Shown: positions 18,564 to 27,172 of the stretch, one piece after another
Numbering within the stretch: position 1 is the first letter of the stretch
Layout of the letters: every line of letters starts with the position of its first letter
Assembly: GCA_965218055.1 (NCBI GenBank)
Contig: CBDCKA010000002.1
Location: forward strand, 745,619-809,618
Reading direction: 5' to 3'
From: Terriglobia bacterium
GTDB lineage: Bacteria > Acidobacteriota > Terriglobia > JAJPHL01 > JAPKYU01
DNA: 64,000 nt
Translations under genes and position numbers: made by a program
Notes under the pieces: model-generated
Databases searched by the model: none
The model's input: only the letters and a program-made list of their open reading frames with translations
Told to the model about the DNA's origin: nothing

Positions 18564-19619
18564 GTGGAGAGCATGAAGTACGGTGAAAGCGAGTCGGTCG
18601 CGACATCCTCTAATCTGGCCGACGCATCCGCCGGCACGTCGACCCGAACCCTGAGCTACCTGCAGGCATTAAAAGAGGCCTTGCGTGAGGAGATGCGGCG
18701 TGACGAGAAGGTGGTCATTCTTGGCGAAGACGTCGAAGTTGGCGGAGCTCTGAGCATTCTGACCGGTCTCACTGCTGAATTTGGCACCGAGCGGGTACGC
18801 AACACGCCCATCTCCGAAGCCGCCTTCGTTGGCGCCGCAATCGGGCTCGCGGCAAGTGGCTACCGGCCTGTTGTCGACCTGATGTTCTCGCCGTTCATGT
18901 GGTGCGCAATGGACCAGTGCTGTAACCAGGCGGCAAAATGGCGCTACATGACGGGCGGGCAGTTCTCACTGCCCATCGTCTACCGAATGGCGACGGGGCA
19001 GCTCGGTGGCGAGGCGGCCGCACAACACACCTGTAGCATCTACAGTCAGTTCATGCAGGTACCAGGACTCAAGATCGTTATCCCGGCAAACGCACATGAT
19101 GCGAAAGGTTTGTTGAAGACCGCAGTCCGTGATCCCGACCCCGTGCTCTTCTTCGAGGTGACACGTCTTAACGGAATAAAGGGACCAGTGCCGGAGGCGG
19201 ACTATATCGTGCCATTCGGCGTCGCGAATGTGCTGCGCGCGGGCCGCGATGTGACGATCGTCGGGATCGGATACATGGCTACCGAGGCAGTGCGAGCGGC
19301 TGAAATCCTGGAAAACGAGGGTGTGTCGGCGGAGGTGATCGACCCCCGGACGCTTGTCCCGCTGGACATCGACACAATCTTGAAGTCGGTCCAAAAGACC
19401 CACCGCCTCGTCGTGGCGGACGAGGCGACACCCATGGCATCCGCCGCTAGCGAGATTGTTGCATGTGTGGCCGAGCTTGCTCTCGAATTCCTCGACGTAC
19501 ACCCTGCCCGCGTATGCGCCCTGAATGTGCCGACTCCATTTAGCCCGGTGCTCGAGCGCGCCGCCCTTCCGGATGCCGGGCGAATCGTAGCGGCTGTACA
19601 CAAACAGTTGGGCATGTGA
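18564..19619 (+). CDS. TPP-dependent dehydrogenase E1 component beta subunit (transketolase-like C-terminal).
   Basis: 351 aa. E1-beta hallmarks EDVEVGGALSILTGLTAEFGTERVRNTPISEAAFVGAAIGLAASGYRPVV and PLDIDTIL. Confidence 0.85.
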   Translation: MESMKYGESESVATSSNLADASAGTSTRTLSYLQALKEALREEMRRDEKVVILGEDVEVGGALSILTGLTAEFGTERVRNTPISEAAFVGAAIGLAASGYRPVVDLMFSPFMWCAMDQCCNQAAKWRYMTGGQFSLPIVYRMATGQLGGEAAAQHTCSIYSQFMQVPGLKIVIPANAHDAKGLLKTAVRDPDPVLFFEVTRLNGIKGPVPEADYIVPFGVANVLRAGRDVTIVGIGYMATEAVRAAEILENEGVSAEVIDPRTLVPLDIDTILKSVQKTHRLVVADEATPMASAASEIVACVAELALEFLDVHPARVCALNVPTPFSPVLERAALPDAGRIVAAVHKQLGM

Positions 19620-19641
19620 AGCATCCGAGGACCGAGAAGAC

Positions 19642-20052
19642 ATGAGCCATCGAGAAGTGAATTCACCGCGCCTACCGGAAACAGCCGAGCAGTTTGGGGT
19701 CTCCGGAGGAATTGTTGCAGGGGATACGCTCTACATCTCGGGGCAAACCCCACTGGATGCCAACTTCAAGGTCATGGGTAAGACCTTCGAGGAGCAGACA
19801 CGCATTGTATTTGACGCAATCACTGCTGTCCTCGATGAAGCTGGATTCACATGGGATGATATGGTAAAAATGGCGGCATTCGTGCACATGGAGGACCGGT
19901 CCGCCATACAGACGTACTGCACAATTCTGAAAGAATATCTCGCCCGATACTCTTCGAGGTCCGCCGTCGCACACACATACATGCTGATGGGCGAAATGCA
20001 AATCCCAGAAATGATGATCGAGGTAGATGGCATCGCCGTCAAGCAGCGTTGA
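19642..20052 (+). CDS. RidA/YjgF-family protein (second copy in the cluster).
   Basis: 136 aa. TLYISGQTPLD and AAFVHMEDRS, typical of the YjgF fold. Confidence 0.75.
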   Translation: MSHREVNSPRLPETAEQFGVSGGIVAGDTLYISGQTPLDANFKVMGKTFEEQTRIVFDAITAVLDEAGFTWDDMVKMAAFVHMEDRSAIQTYCTILKEYLARYSSRSAVAHTYMLMGEMQIPEMMIEVDGIAVKQR

Positions 20053-20128
20053 CGGATCGAGAAAACTCACTTGCGGGATCGGCTAGAAACTAAGGCAAGA
20101 CTCAATTGCATAGACTTGGATAACTGAC

Positions 20129-20944
20129 ATGCCTATCGTACGACTTTCCACCGGTATCGACTGCTACTATGAGACAGGAGGCAGCGGGGACCCATTACTG
20201 CTGATCATGGGAACATCTTCGGACCACTGCTTCTGGGAGACCCAGCGTCCAGTCTACGAGAAATTCTATCGCGCGATCGTGTACGACGCGCGCGGGACCG
20301 GCCAATCCAGCCAACCGGAGGACGTGGAGAATTACACCAACGCGCTCCTGGCCGACGATGCTGCCGCGCTGCTCGATGCGCTCGGCATCGAGCGCGCCCA
20401 CGTTTCAGGGATCTCCCTTGGCTCTACAACTGCTCAGGAACTGGCCCTACGTCATCCTGAGAAGATCGGGACGCTTCAGCTCCATGGGACCTGGGGGGCC
20501 AAGGATCGATGGTTCCATTACGTCATCGATCAACTCAAGTACCCGATCGAACAGGAGGACCGCCAAGCCTTTGCACGGGCTGTCATGCCGTGGGTGTTAA
20601 GCCCGACGGCACTCAACGACCCCGAGAAGCACGATGCGATCTGGGACTCCCTTATGACTCACCCCCACGTGTCATCGTTCAAGGGTATCCTCGGCCACAT
20701 CCACGCGGATCACACGCATCATACAATAGACCGTCTTCCTGCCATACGCGTGCCAACATTGATTACCAGCGGCGAGTTGGACTGGCAGGTACCAACCCGA
20801 CTAGGGCGCGCCGTCCACGCAGCGATTCCGGGTTCCGAGCTCCACATATTCACAGGACCACATTCAAGTCACTGCGCGTTTTTCGAGATGGCTGACGAGT
20901 TTAACCGGGTTACTCTGGACTGGCTACGCGCCCACCCGCTCTAG
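20129..20944 (+). CDS. Alpha/beta-hydrolase fold protein.
   Basis: Nucleophile elbow GISLGS (GxSxG), an HGTWG motif and a C-terminal His in HSSHCAFFE. Confidence 0.75.
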   Translation: MPIVRLSTGIDCYYETGGSGDPLLLIMGTSSDHCFWETQRPVYEKFYRAIVYDARGTGQSSQPEDVENYTNALLADDAAALLDALGIERAHVSGISLGSTTAQELALRHPEKIGTLQLHGTWGAKDRWFHYVIDQLKYPIEQEDRQAFARAVMPWVLSPTALNDPEKHDAIWDSLMTHPHVSSFKGILGHIHADHTHHTIDRLPAIRVPTLITSGELDWQVPTRLGRAVHAAIPGSELHIFTGPHSSHCAFFEMADEFNRVTLDWLRAHPL

Positions 20945-21173
20945 AGGCCTTGCCGGATGTCCACGGTTCGCCAAAGGCCACGTTGCGCCTCGAGCGTGTT
21001 TCCCGACGAACCATTGGCTATTTTGCACCTGGGTCGGCGTAGCCGGAGGTCGTTTGGAATAGCCGTCGCGCCGCGCTAATCAATCGCGCGCAAATGGGAC
21101 CACTTAACACCGCTTTTGGAGAATTTAACCTGCCGGCTATGAGCCGGTTACGCTGCTGGACTACCCAACTTTT

Positions 21174-21773
21174 ATGGACCTGCCAGAAATGAAAGCTGCC
21201 AAGAGCATTATTGGAAAGATAAAACATAATCTAAAGTTTCATTTAGTCGATTCTACCGCGATATTAGCCGAATCTACACCCGTTTTTGCGGTGTTTGAAA
21301 CACAAATAGCTGGGCTGTCCAACGAAATTTCTATAAATACCCGGCTGATTGCTGCAGGTATAACTTATTTCGGCGGAACGGGTTACATCTATGGTAAAGG
21401 GAGGGATTTGTCAAGACGCTTATTCAGCATCGGAGACGAGACAACTGAAAAAGTTCTCGCTTTACATGATGCGGTTTATTTGGCGGCATTTAATTTGGTG
21501 ATAGCCCCACCGCTCTACTTTGCTGCTGGAGAAAGAGACCTGAAACGAATTGCCATAGCCACTGCCACGATCATGGCGGTTGCATTAGTCAATGGCGGAC
21601 CACTGGGTTATGCAGTTGACTTGTTTAGAGATCTAACTGGCTTAAAGGAATGCAGGAGGCCCTCTTATCGTTTCCTGAAAAAGCAAAGTCCAAGAGTGAA
21701 ACGAGTGCTTGTAGTCTTATTAACTGCGGCGGCTGTGGCTGTTACCGGAGGGATTTATGCCCTCCGGAATTAA
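21174..21773 (+). CDS. Small membrane protein resembling the AlaE (L-alanine exporter, DUF1144) family. It sits in a low-GC island.
   Basis: TRLIAAGITYFGGTGYIYGKGRDLSRRLF and GGPLGYAVDLFRDLTG resemble, from memory, AlaE SRLVAIPVN...YGMYRDLFMRAAR and GAVYGYFLDYCRRLF. Local GC is about 42% against about 65% in the flanks. Confidence 0.45.
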   Translation: MDLPEMKAAKSIIGKIKHNLKFHLVDSTAILAESTPVFAVFETQIAGLSNEISINTRLIAAGITYFGGTGYIYGKGRDLSRRLFSIGDETTEKVLALHDAVYLAAFNLVIAPPLYFAAGERDLKRIAIATATIMAVALVNGGPLGYAVDLFRDLTGLKECRRPSYRFLKKQSPRVKRVLVVLLTAAAVAVTGGIYALRN

Positions 21774-21785
21774 GCCTCAGAGAAA

Positions 21786-22343
21786 CTAAGTACCCTCATC
21801 GTCGAAGTCGTGGATGCGAAGCCGCCGGGTGCGAATGAGATCGCGCGCCATCTGAAGGTCTTCATCGTGGAACCGGCGGCTGCCCTGGACGCGCTTGTCT
21901 GCAAACACCATGAGATTCGGGTTCATCGAGGTAGGGTTCTCCTCCTCACCCAGTAACACAACCATACCCGCTGGGCGTACGAGATCGATCGCGACGCGAT
22001 GCGCTTCCGAGTTGGCCTCACACGCGAAGACGAAGTCCGGTCCGTAGCCGCCTAGTTCAACGCGCACCTGCTCAAGCGCGTCCGCAGACGCAGTCAGGGA
22101 AAAGACTTGCGCGCCGGCGCGAACCGCCTGAACAGTGCACGCGGGCGAATCAGCGAGCAGCGCCACCTTGCGTATGCCACGTGCCAAGAGAACGGCGACG
22201 GTCGCGAGCGCAAGTGGCCCCTCGCCCACAACAGCGACTAAGTCAGCGGGTCGCAGTTGGCTCAAGCGGACGGCGTGTATCGCAGCCGCGACGTGCTCTT
22301 CACCGACGGTGCGGCTCCCCCGAGACGGGCTCTCAACATTCAA
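21786..22343 (-). CDS. Orphan Rossmann (cofactor-binding) domain of an MDR-family zinc alcohol dehydrogenase. The catalytic N-terminal domain is absent. It may be a pseudogene or a standalone domain.
   Basis: 185 aa. GxGxxG-type motif VVGEGPLALATVAVLLARG. The start ATG overlaps the E2 stop (ATGA). Confidence 0.5.
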   Translation of the reverse strand: MNVESPSRGSRTVGEEHVAAAIHAVRLSQLRPADLVAVVGEGPLALATVAVLLARGIRKVALLADSPACTVQAVRAGAQVFSLTASADALEQVRVELGGYGPDFVFACEANSEAHRVAIDLVRPAGMVVLLGEEENPTSMNPNLMVFADKRVQGSRRFHDEDLQMARDLIRTRRLRIHDFDDEGT

Positions 22344-23530
22344 TGGAGTTCCTCCTGTAGACGGCCAGGATCATCCAACAGATCTGCGAGATCGGCGAGG
22401 AACAGCGCTGCGGGTGCACCGTCGAGCGCGCGGTGGTCGAACGTGAGACTGAGGGGACAGGTCTGCCGCATCGCAGCCGCGCCTCCGGAGATCGACGGGC
22501 GGGGCTTGGCGGCGCCAATGCCAAGGATCGCGACCTCCGGCGGATTAAGGATCGGCGTGAATGTATCGATGCCGTACGCGCCCAGGTTCGTGATTGTGAA
22601 CGTCCCTCCCTGGATGTCCGACTGGCGGAGTGTGCCGCTACGCGCTTTGTCCACGAGCTGGCGGCGCTGTCTCACGATCTGTGCGAGGCTTAGTCCGGAC
22701 ACATCGCGAATCACTGGGGTGACGAGTCCCTCATCGAGAGCAACCGCAATTCCGATGTTGACAGTGTCGAAAAACCGGAGTTCGTCGCCAATGAGATGGG
22801 CGTTCAGCCGCGGATGACGCGTCAGCACACGCGCGACTGCCCCCAGTATGACATCAGTCATCGTTGCGTGGTCGGGCGCCCCCTCCCGAACGGCCGATGC
22901 TCCAGCTATTCCCACCTCGCGCATTACGGTGAGCTGAGCGGCTTCGGCGATGCTGCGGCTCAGCGCAGCAGCGATCGCCTTTCTCATGCGGGTAAGCTTC
23001 TGAGTTCGCACCGGAACAAGCGCGCCGGCGGTTACCTCGGCCCCTTGAGTCGCTGCCGCCGCCCGCACATTCGCCTCTGTCACGAGGCCCCGTGGTCCGG
23101 TACCGCGAATCTTGTTGACGTCGACTCCTAGCTCGCGCGCGACCCTTCGAGCGAGTGGAGAAGCGCGCCCCTCTCGGTCATCCCGCTGTTCCTTCTCGCC
23201 AAGTGCTTCGTTAGAGTCACTCACATGGACCAGGGAGTCCCTGTGCCCCGGCGTGGCGCTGGCGGGCACCGAAGTGTGCACAACCCCGCTGTCAGATCCC
23301 TCCAGAATCGCAAGGACCTCGCCAACCGCGATCACAGCACCCACTTCCGCCACGAGGCGCCCGACCACGCCAGCGCTCGGTGCCACCACTTCCATGTTCG
23401 CCTTCTCCGTCTCTATTTCGACGAGCGGATCGCCTTCCTCGACAGCGTCGCCCTCTTTGCGCACCCAGCGGACGACTGTCCCCTCGCGCATCGTGAGGCC
23501 GCATTTCGGCATCACGACCTCTATCTGCAT
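22340..23530 (-). CDS. Dihydrolipoamide acyltransferase (E2) of a 2-oxoacid dehydrogenase complex.
   Basis: N-terminal lipoyl domain with EIETEKANMEV and a C-terminal catalytic DHRALDGA motif. Confidence 0.85.
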   Translation of the reverse strand: MQIEVVMPKCGLTMREGTVVRWVRKEGDAVEEGDPLVEIETEKANMEVVAPSAGVVGRLVAEVGAVIAVGEVLAILEGSDSGVVHTSVPASATPGHRDSLVHVSDSNEALGEKEQRDDREGRASPLARRVARELGVDVNKIRGTGPRGLVTEANVRAAAATQGAEVTAGALVPVRTQKLTRMRKAIAAALSRSIAEAAQLTVMREVGIAGASAVREGAPDHATMTDVILGAVARVLTRHPRLNAHLIGDELRFFDTVNIGIAVALDEGLVTPVIRDVSGLSLAQIVRQRRQLVDKARSGTLRQSDIQGGTFTITNLGAYGIDTFTPILNPPEVAILGIGAAKPRPSISGGAAAMRQTCPLSLTFDHRALDGAPAALFLADLADLLDDPGRLQEELH

Positions 23531-23818
23531 CTTTCAGGCACCTTCCAGTCGCACGCGTAAGCACACCACCCGGTGCTGTCTTTTCGCTAATCCAGATCGT
23601 ACTAGGTGTAAGAGTCGAGGTTAGTCAAGTTACGGTATCCAGACGAGCCATGTCAAGCCGCCTAGTCCGCGGGTGATGTCATGCTGCCGGCGGAAAAAGG
23701 CGGAGGCGGAGGGTGCGGGCCCTTGTCCCTTAGTAACCCCGCTAGGAGGGGGAGATTGGCCATCCGCCGTAGGCGTTACGGCGAAACAGAACCTACGACC
23801 AAACCTGCCAATGCAGTA

Positions 23819-25732
23819 CTACTGGTCCGCCATCCGGGGGCGATTCCAAGGCTGTGCCAGCGTGGGTTGGTTGGCGTAGCGTTTCATCTGGAACACCAGC
23901 CGGCTGCCGCAGCCGGGCTCCAGCCGCACGGTGACGAATGGGTGATCCAGAGTCAGGGACTTGTTGTCCAAGGCGACGGAACGGAACTGATGTTCGCCAT
24001 AGGCGCCGGCCTGCACAACGACGGTGCGGGTCTCGACTGGATTGACGTTGACCAGGGTCAACGTCACCGAGTCGGCCGTGAGCTTCTCGACCAGGGCTGC
24101 GACATCCTCTGGCAGCCCGGCCCGCTGCCGGGGCGGATCGAAATAGCGGACCCGGCTATGCAGCATCCAGGCGGGGCCGGTCAGGTATCCGCCCAGGGTG
24201 AGCTGGGTCAGCGTGTCGGTGGTGGCCGGATTGAGGGTTAACAACCAGTCCGCCAAGCGCGTCGCAGCGGTGGTCGGGTCGTTGCGCATCTCCTCCATTT
24301 TCCGGCGAATGTCCTCCAGGTCTGCCCGCAGCGCCTTCTCCGGATATTGCGGGTTTTGCCCTTCCAGAAACCCAATCCAGCCGCTCTTGGAGATGCGCTT
24401 CAGGTCCGTTCGCTCCATGGACCAGAGATAGATTTCCGTCAACCGGTTGGTGAAAAGGTTGTCTGTCCAGTGATACCAACGCTCCTGGCCGGCGTGCCCA
24501 TGGCCGCGTGGATCCCCATACATCTGCGGGATCATAACCTTTCCATCAATCCTTTTTTTCTGCGCGTAGAGATTGTCCATTTGCTTGCGGAGGGTATGAA
24601 TATATGCGGGATCTCCAGTGAGTAAAAACGCATTGCCAAATCCCGGCCACATGCCCACGTGAAAGAGGTTTCGGTGGGCAATTCGTTCGATTTCCCCATC
24701 AAAAATTGTGAAGTTCCAGCCGTACGTACCCTTGTACCATTTTCCGCCGTATTCGCCGCCGATTGTCCCGTCCAAGCCAATATTCGTGGGAATGTTGCCG
24801 CCATTGGCTTCCGTCCGCTGCTTCCAGGCGTTGACGTACTCCAGAACCCAGTCCCGATACTTGCGCTCGTGCGTGAGCATGTAGGCGTCTAGGGCCAGAT
24901 TGGTGGTCGCCAGATTCAGCGGCTGGTCGCCCACGCTGTCCAGGTATTCGTCACAATGGGCCAGCATTTTGGGGTAGTGCTTCTCAAAGTCGAGCATTTC
25001 TTGTTGGCCCGCGCTGCTGTGGAGCATGTGGAAGCTTCCGGAGACCGGGTCGCCCACCCAGTCATACACGGTGGCTTTCCTCAACATGGGGCCCTTGCTG
25101 CCGTTCCAGATGCTGCGGATGATCTTGTGCTTGGGGTCGTAGTTGGGCGCCTCGGGATCCTCGTTCATGAAGAGCCCGGCGAATCGCCGCATGCGCTCCC
25201 GCAGCCGTGCGTCGGCGGGATCCGACAGGCCCTGGAGCATGAAGCCTCGCATCCCCTCGCCGGTGTGGAGCCAGTCGGACATGGTGATGAATTCCTTGTA
25301 ATAGGCGCCCTCCCTGGCCAGTTCGGTCTTGGTAGTTCTCAGTTCCTTGTATTGCCGGAGGTGGCCTTCCAGAGCCTTCTTGAACAGATGCAGGACTGAA
25401 TCGGAAGCACCCAGGGCATGAAGCAGTGTCCAGTTGCCAAACGTCTCCATCGCATCATCGGGGCCGTCCAGGGTGCCCCAGCGAGGGGTGTGCAGCAGGT
25501 AGCCGCGCTCGTCCAGATACTTGGCGGCGAAACGATCGCAAGCTCTGGAATTCGCACGCAAGAGCTCTCGTTCCAGCAGAGCCCAGCCGGGCGGTGTCAT
25601 AGGCGTGGCAATCACCACGGTGGCCTCTTCCGTCGCAGGCGACACGACACGACATGCAAGCACCAGGATCAGTAAACAACCAATGCGCACTAGGACGTTG
25701 GGCATGACGATTCTCCTCGCATGGCGGATCAA
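23819..25732 (-). CDS. Hypothetical secreted protein, possibly of an (alpha/alpha)6 glycosidase-like fold. The signal-peptide start is probably at 25705.
   Basis: Long ORF with coding-like composition and the signal peptide MPNVLVRIGCLLILVLAC. No family was recognised. Confidence 0.5.
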   Translation of the reverse strand: MIRHARRIVMPNVLVRIGCLLILVLACRVVSPATEEATVVIATPMTPPGWALLERELLRANSRACDRFAAKYLDERGYLLHTPRWGTLDGPDDAMETFGNWTLLHALGASDSVLHLFKKALEGHLRQYKELRTTKTELAREGAYYKEFITMSDWLHTGEGMRGFMLQGLSDPADARLRERMRRFAGLFMNEDPEAPNYDPKHKIIRSIWNGSKGPMLRKATVYDWVGDPVSGSFHMLHSSAGQQEMLDFEKHYPKMLAHCDEYLDSVGDQPLNLATTNLALDAYMLTHERKYRDWVLEYVNAWKQRTEANGGNIPTNIGLDGTIGGEYGGKWYKGTYGWNFTIFDGEIERIAHRNLFHVGMWPGFGNAFLLTGDPAYIHTLRKQMDNLYAQKKRIDGKVMIPQMYGDPRGHGHAGQERWYHWTDNLFTNRLTEIYLWSMERTDLKRISKSGWIGFLEGQNPQYPEKALRADLEDIRRKMEEMRNDPTTAATRLADWLLTLNPATTDTLTQLTLGGYLTGPAWMLHSRVRYFDPPRQRAGLPEDVAALVEKLTADSVTLTLVNVNPVETRTVVVQAGAYGEHQFRSVALDNKSLTLDHPFVTVRLEPGCGSRLVFQMKRYANQPTLAQPWNRPRMADQ

Positions 25733-25765
25733 CTACATCGGGCAGCAAACCTGCCCGCACATCCT

Positions 25766-27172
25766 TTATTGCCCGGATAGTGGAGGCATTTGCATTCTGC
25801 GCAGTCTCTGGTTCAGATATCGGCTGTTTCCCAGGGCGCGTTTCTCTTTGTTGAGCCGTTTCACCTGCGCCATGGCCTCGCGTGCCTTTTCCTTCTGCCC
25901 GGTTTTCCGGTACGCGATGGAAACCTGGTAATAGGCGGTGATATCGTCCGGGTCCAGCTTGATCGCCGCCTCAAACTCGGGAATGGCAGAGCGGAGATCC
26001 TTCTTCTTCAGGTAAAGCTTGCCGAGGTTGGTGCGCGTGCGGGAGTAGGCCGGCTGCAACGCGGCAGCCCGTTTCAGATGTTTCATCGCTTCTTCCTCCC
26101 GGCCTTCCCGAATACGCAGCTCTCCCAGAAGGTAATGGGCGAAGAAGTTGGAGGGATGCGCCTGGGTCACCTGCTGCAGCAGGGCAATCGCATCGTCATG
26201 CCGCTCCCCATGAAGATACAGGAAGGCCAGGCCGATCTTGGCGGAAGCCGACTTGGGCTGGATTTCCATGGCCTTGCGGTAGTCCAATTCCGCGTCGCCG
26301 TAGCGCCCGTGAGAAAGCCGCAGATATCCGCGCAGGAGATGCAACGGATAGGACTTCGGCAGATGCTTGACACCTTGATCCAGCAACTCCATCCTCACCG
26401 AAACCATATGTACATCCACCGGCAGCCCGGCAATCAAGATGTAGTTGCCCTCATCCTGCGGATCGTTCCGGATTGCCTGTTTCAGTGTCTTCAGGGCGTT
26501 TTCCGCTTGGCCGGCTTCCAGGTAGGCCTTCCCCAACAGGGTCAGGATGTCCCCATCCTTGGGATACTTCGGCTGGGCCTCCTTCAGGGTAGCAATACAC
26601 TCGGGCAGCTTTCTGGCCTGGTACTGGGCAAGGGCCAGGTTGTAGGCGGCCACCGCTGGCTTCGGATACCCCTTCTGGGCGCGCTGGAAATACTTCTCTG
26701 CGGCCAGTAATTGGCCAAAGCGCGCCAGCAGCAACCCCGATTCAAACTGGGCCACCGCGTCGGTTTCCGGTACTCCCGCCAGCACCTGCTTGGCCCGGGC
26801 CTCGTTTCGGGTTCGCAGCAGCGCTTCGGCATAGTCCACACTGAGCAGCGGATTGTTGGCCAGCACAGCCGGAACCTTCTCAAAGTGAGCGGCCGCCTTG
26901 GCATAGTCCTGTTGTTGGAACGCAATCTGACCGCGCAGGGCGTTCATGGGCTCATTCTGCGGATCCCGGCCCAGTCCCTTCTCCAAAAGCTGGATGGCCT
27001 CCTCCACACGGCCCTTCTGGAGAAGTTCCAGCGCGCTCTGCACCTTTGCCTCTTGGGCCCAGCCGGCGCTCAGACCAAGCAGCAACAGCAGGAGATGGGC
27101 CCATCCCGGGAGAACCCGCCCGAGGGGATACCGCCCAGAGGGGCTAGCCGATCTGGAAAACAGTCCGACCAT
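25766..27172 (-). CDS. TPR-repeat protein (secreted), partner of the downstream FG-GAP/ASPIC gene.
   Basis: Multiple TPR-like A/L/Y-rich 34-mers. Its start overlaps the upstream gene's stop (TGATG). Confidence 0.75.
   Translation of the reverse strand: MVGLFSRSASPSGRYPLGRVLPGWAHLLLLLLGLSAGWAQEAKVQSALELLQKGRVEEAIQLLEKGLGRDPQNEPMNALRGQIAFQQQDYAKAAAHFEKVPAVLANNPLLSVDYAEALLRTRNEARAKQVLAGVPETDAVAQFESGLLLARFGQLLAAEKYFQRAQKGYPKPAVAAYNLALAQYQARKLPECIATLKEAQPKYPKDGDILTLLGKAYLEAGQAENALKTLKQAIRNDPQDEGNYILIAGLPVDVHMVSVRMELLDQGVKHLPKSYPLHLLRGYLRLSHGRYGDAELDYRKAMEIQPKSASAKIGLAFLYLHGERHDDAIALLQQVTQAHPSNFFAHYLLGELRIREGREEEAMKHLKRAAALQPAYSRTRTNLGKLYLKKKDLRSAIPEFEAAIKLDPDDITAYYQVSIAYRKTGQKEKAREAMAQVKRLNKEKRALGNSRYLNQRLRRMQMPPLSGQ

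Noticed and set aside
23819-25732. Assigning a specific glycoside-hydrolase family to the 637-aa secreted protein.
   Set aside because: Only a vague impression of a helical glycosidase-like composition, with no diagnostic motifs. It is left as hypothetical.
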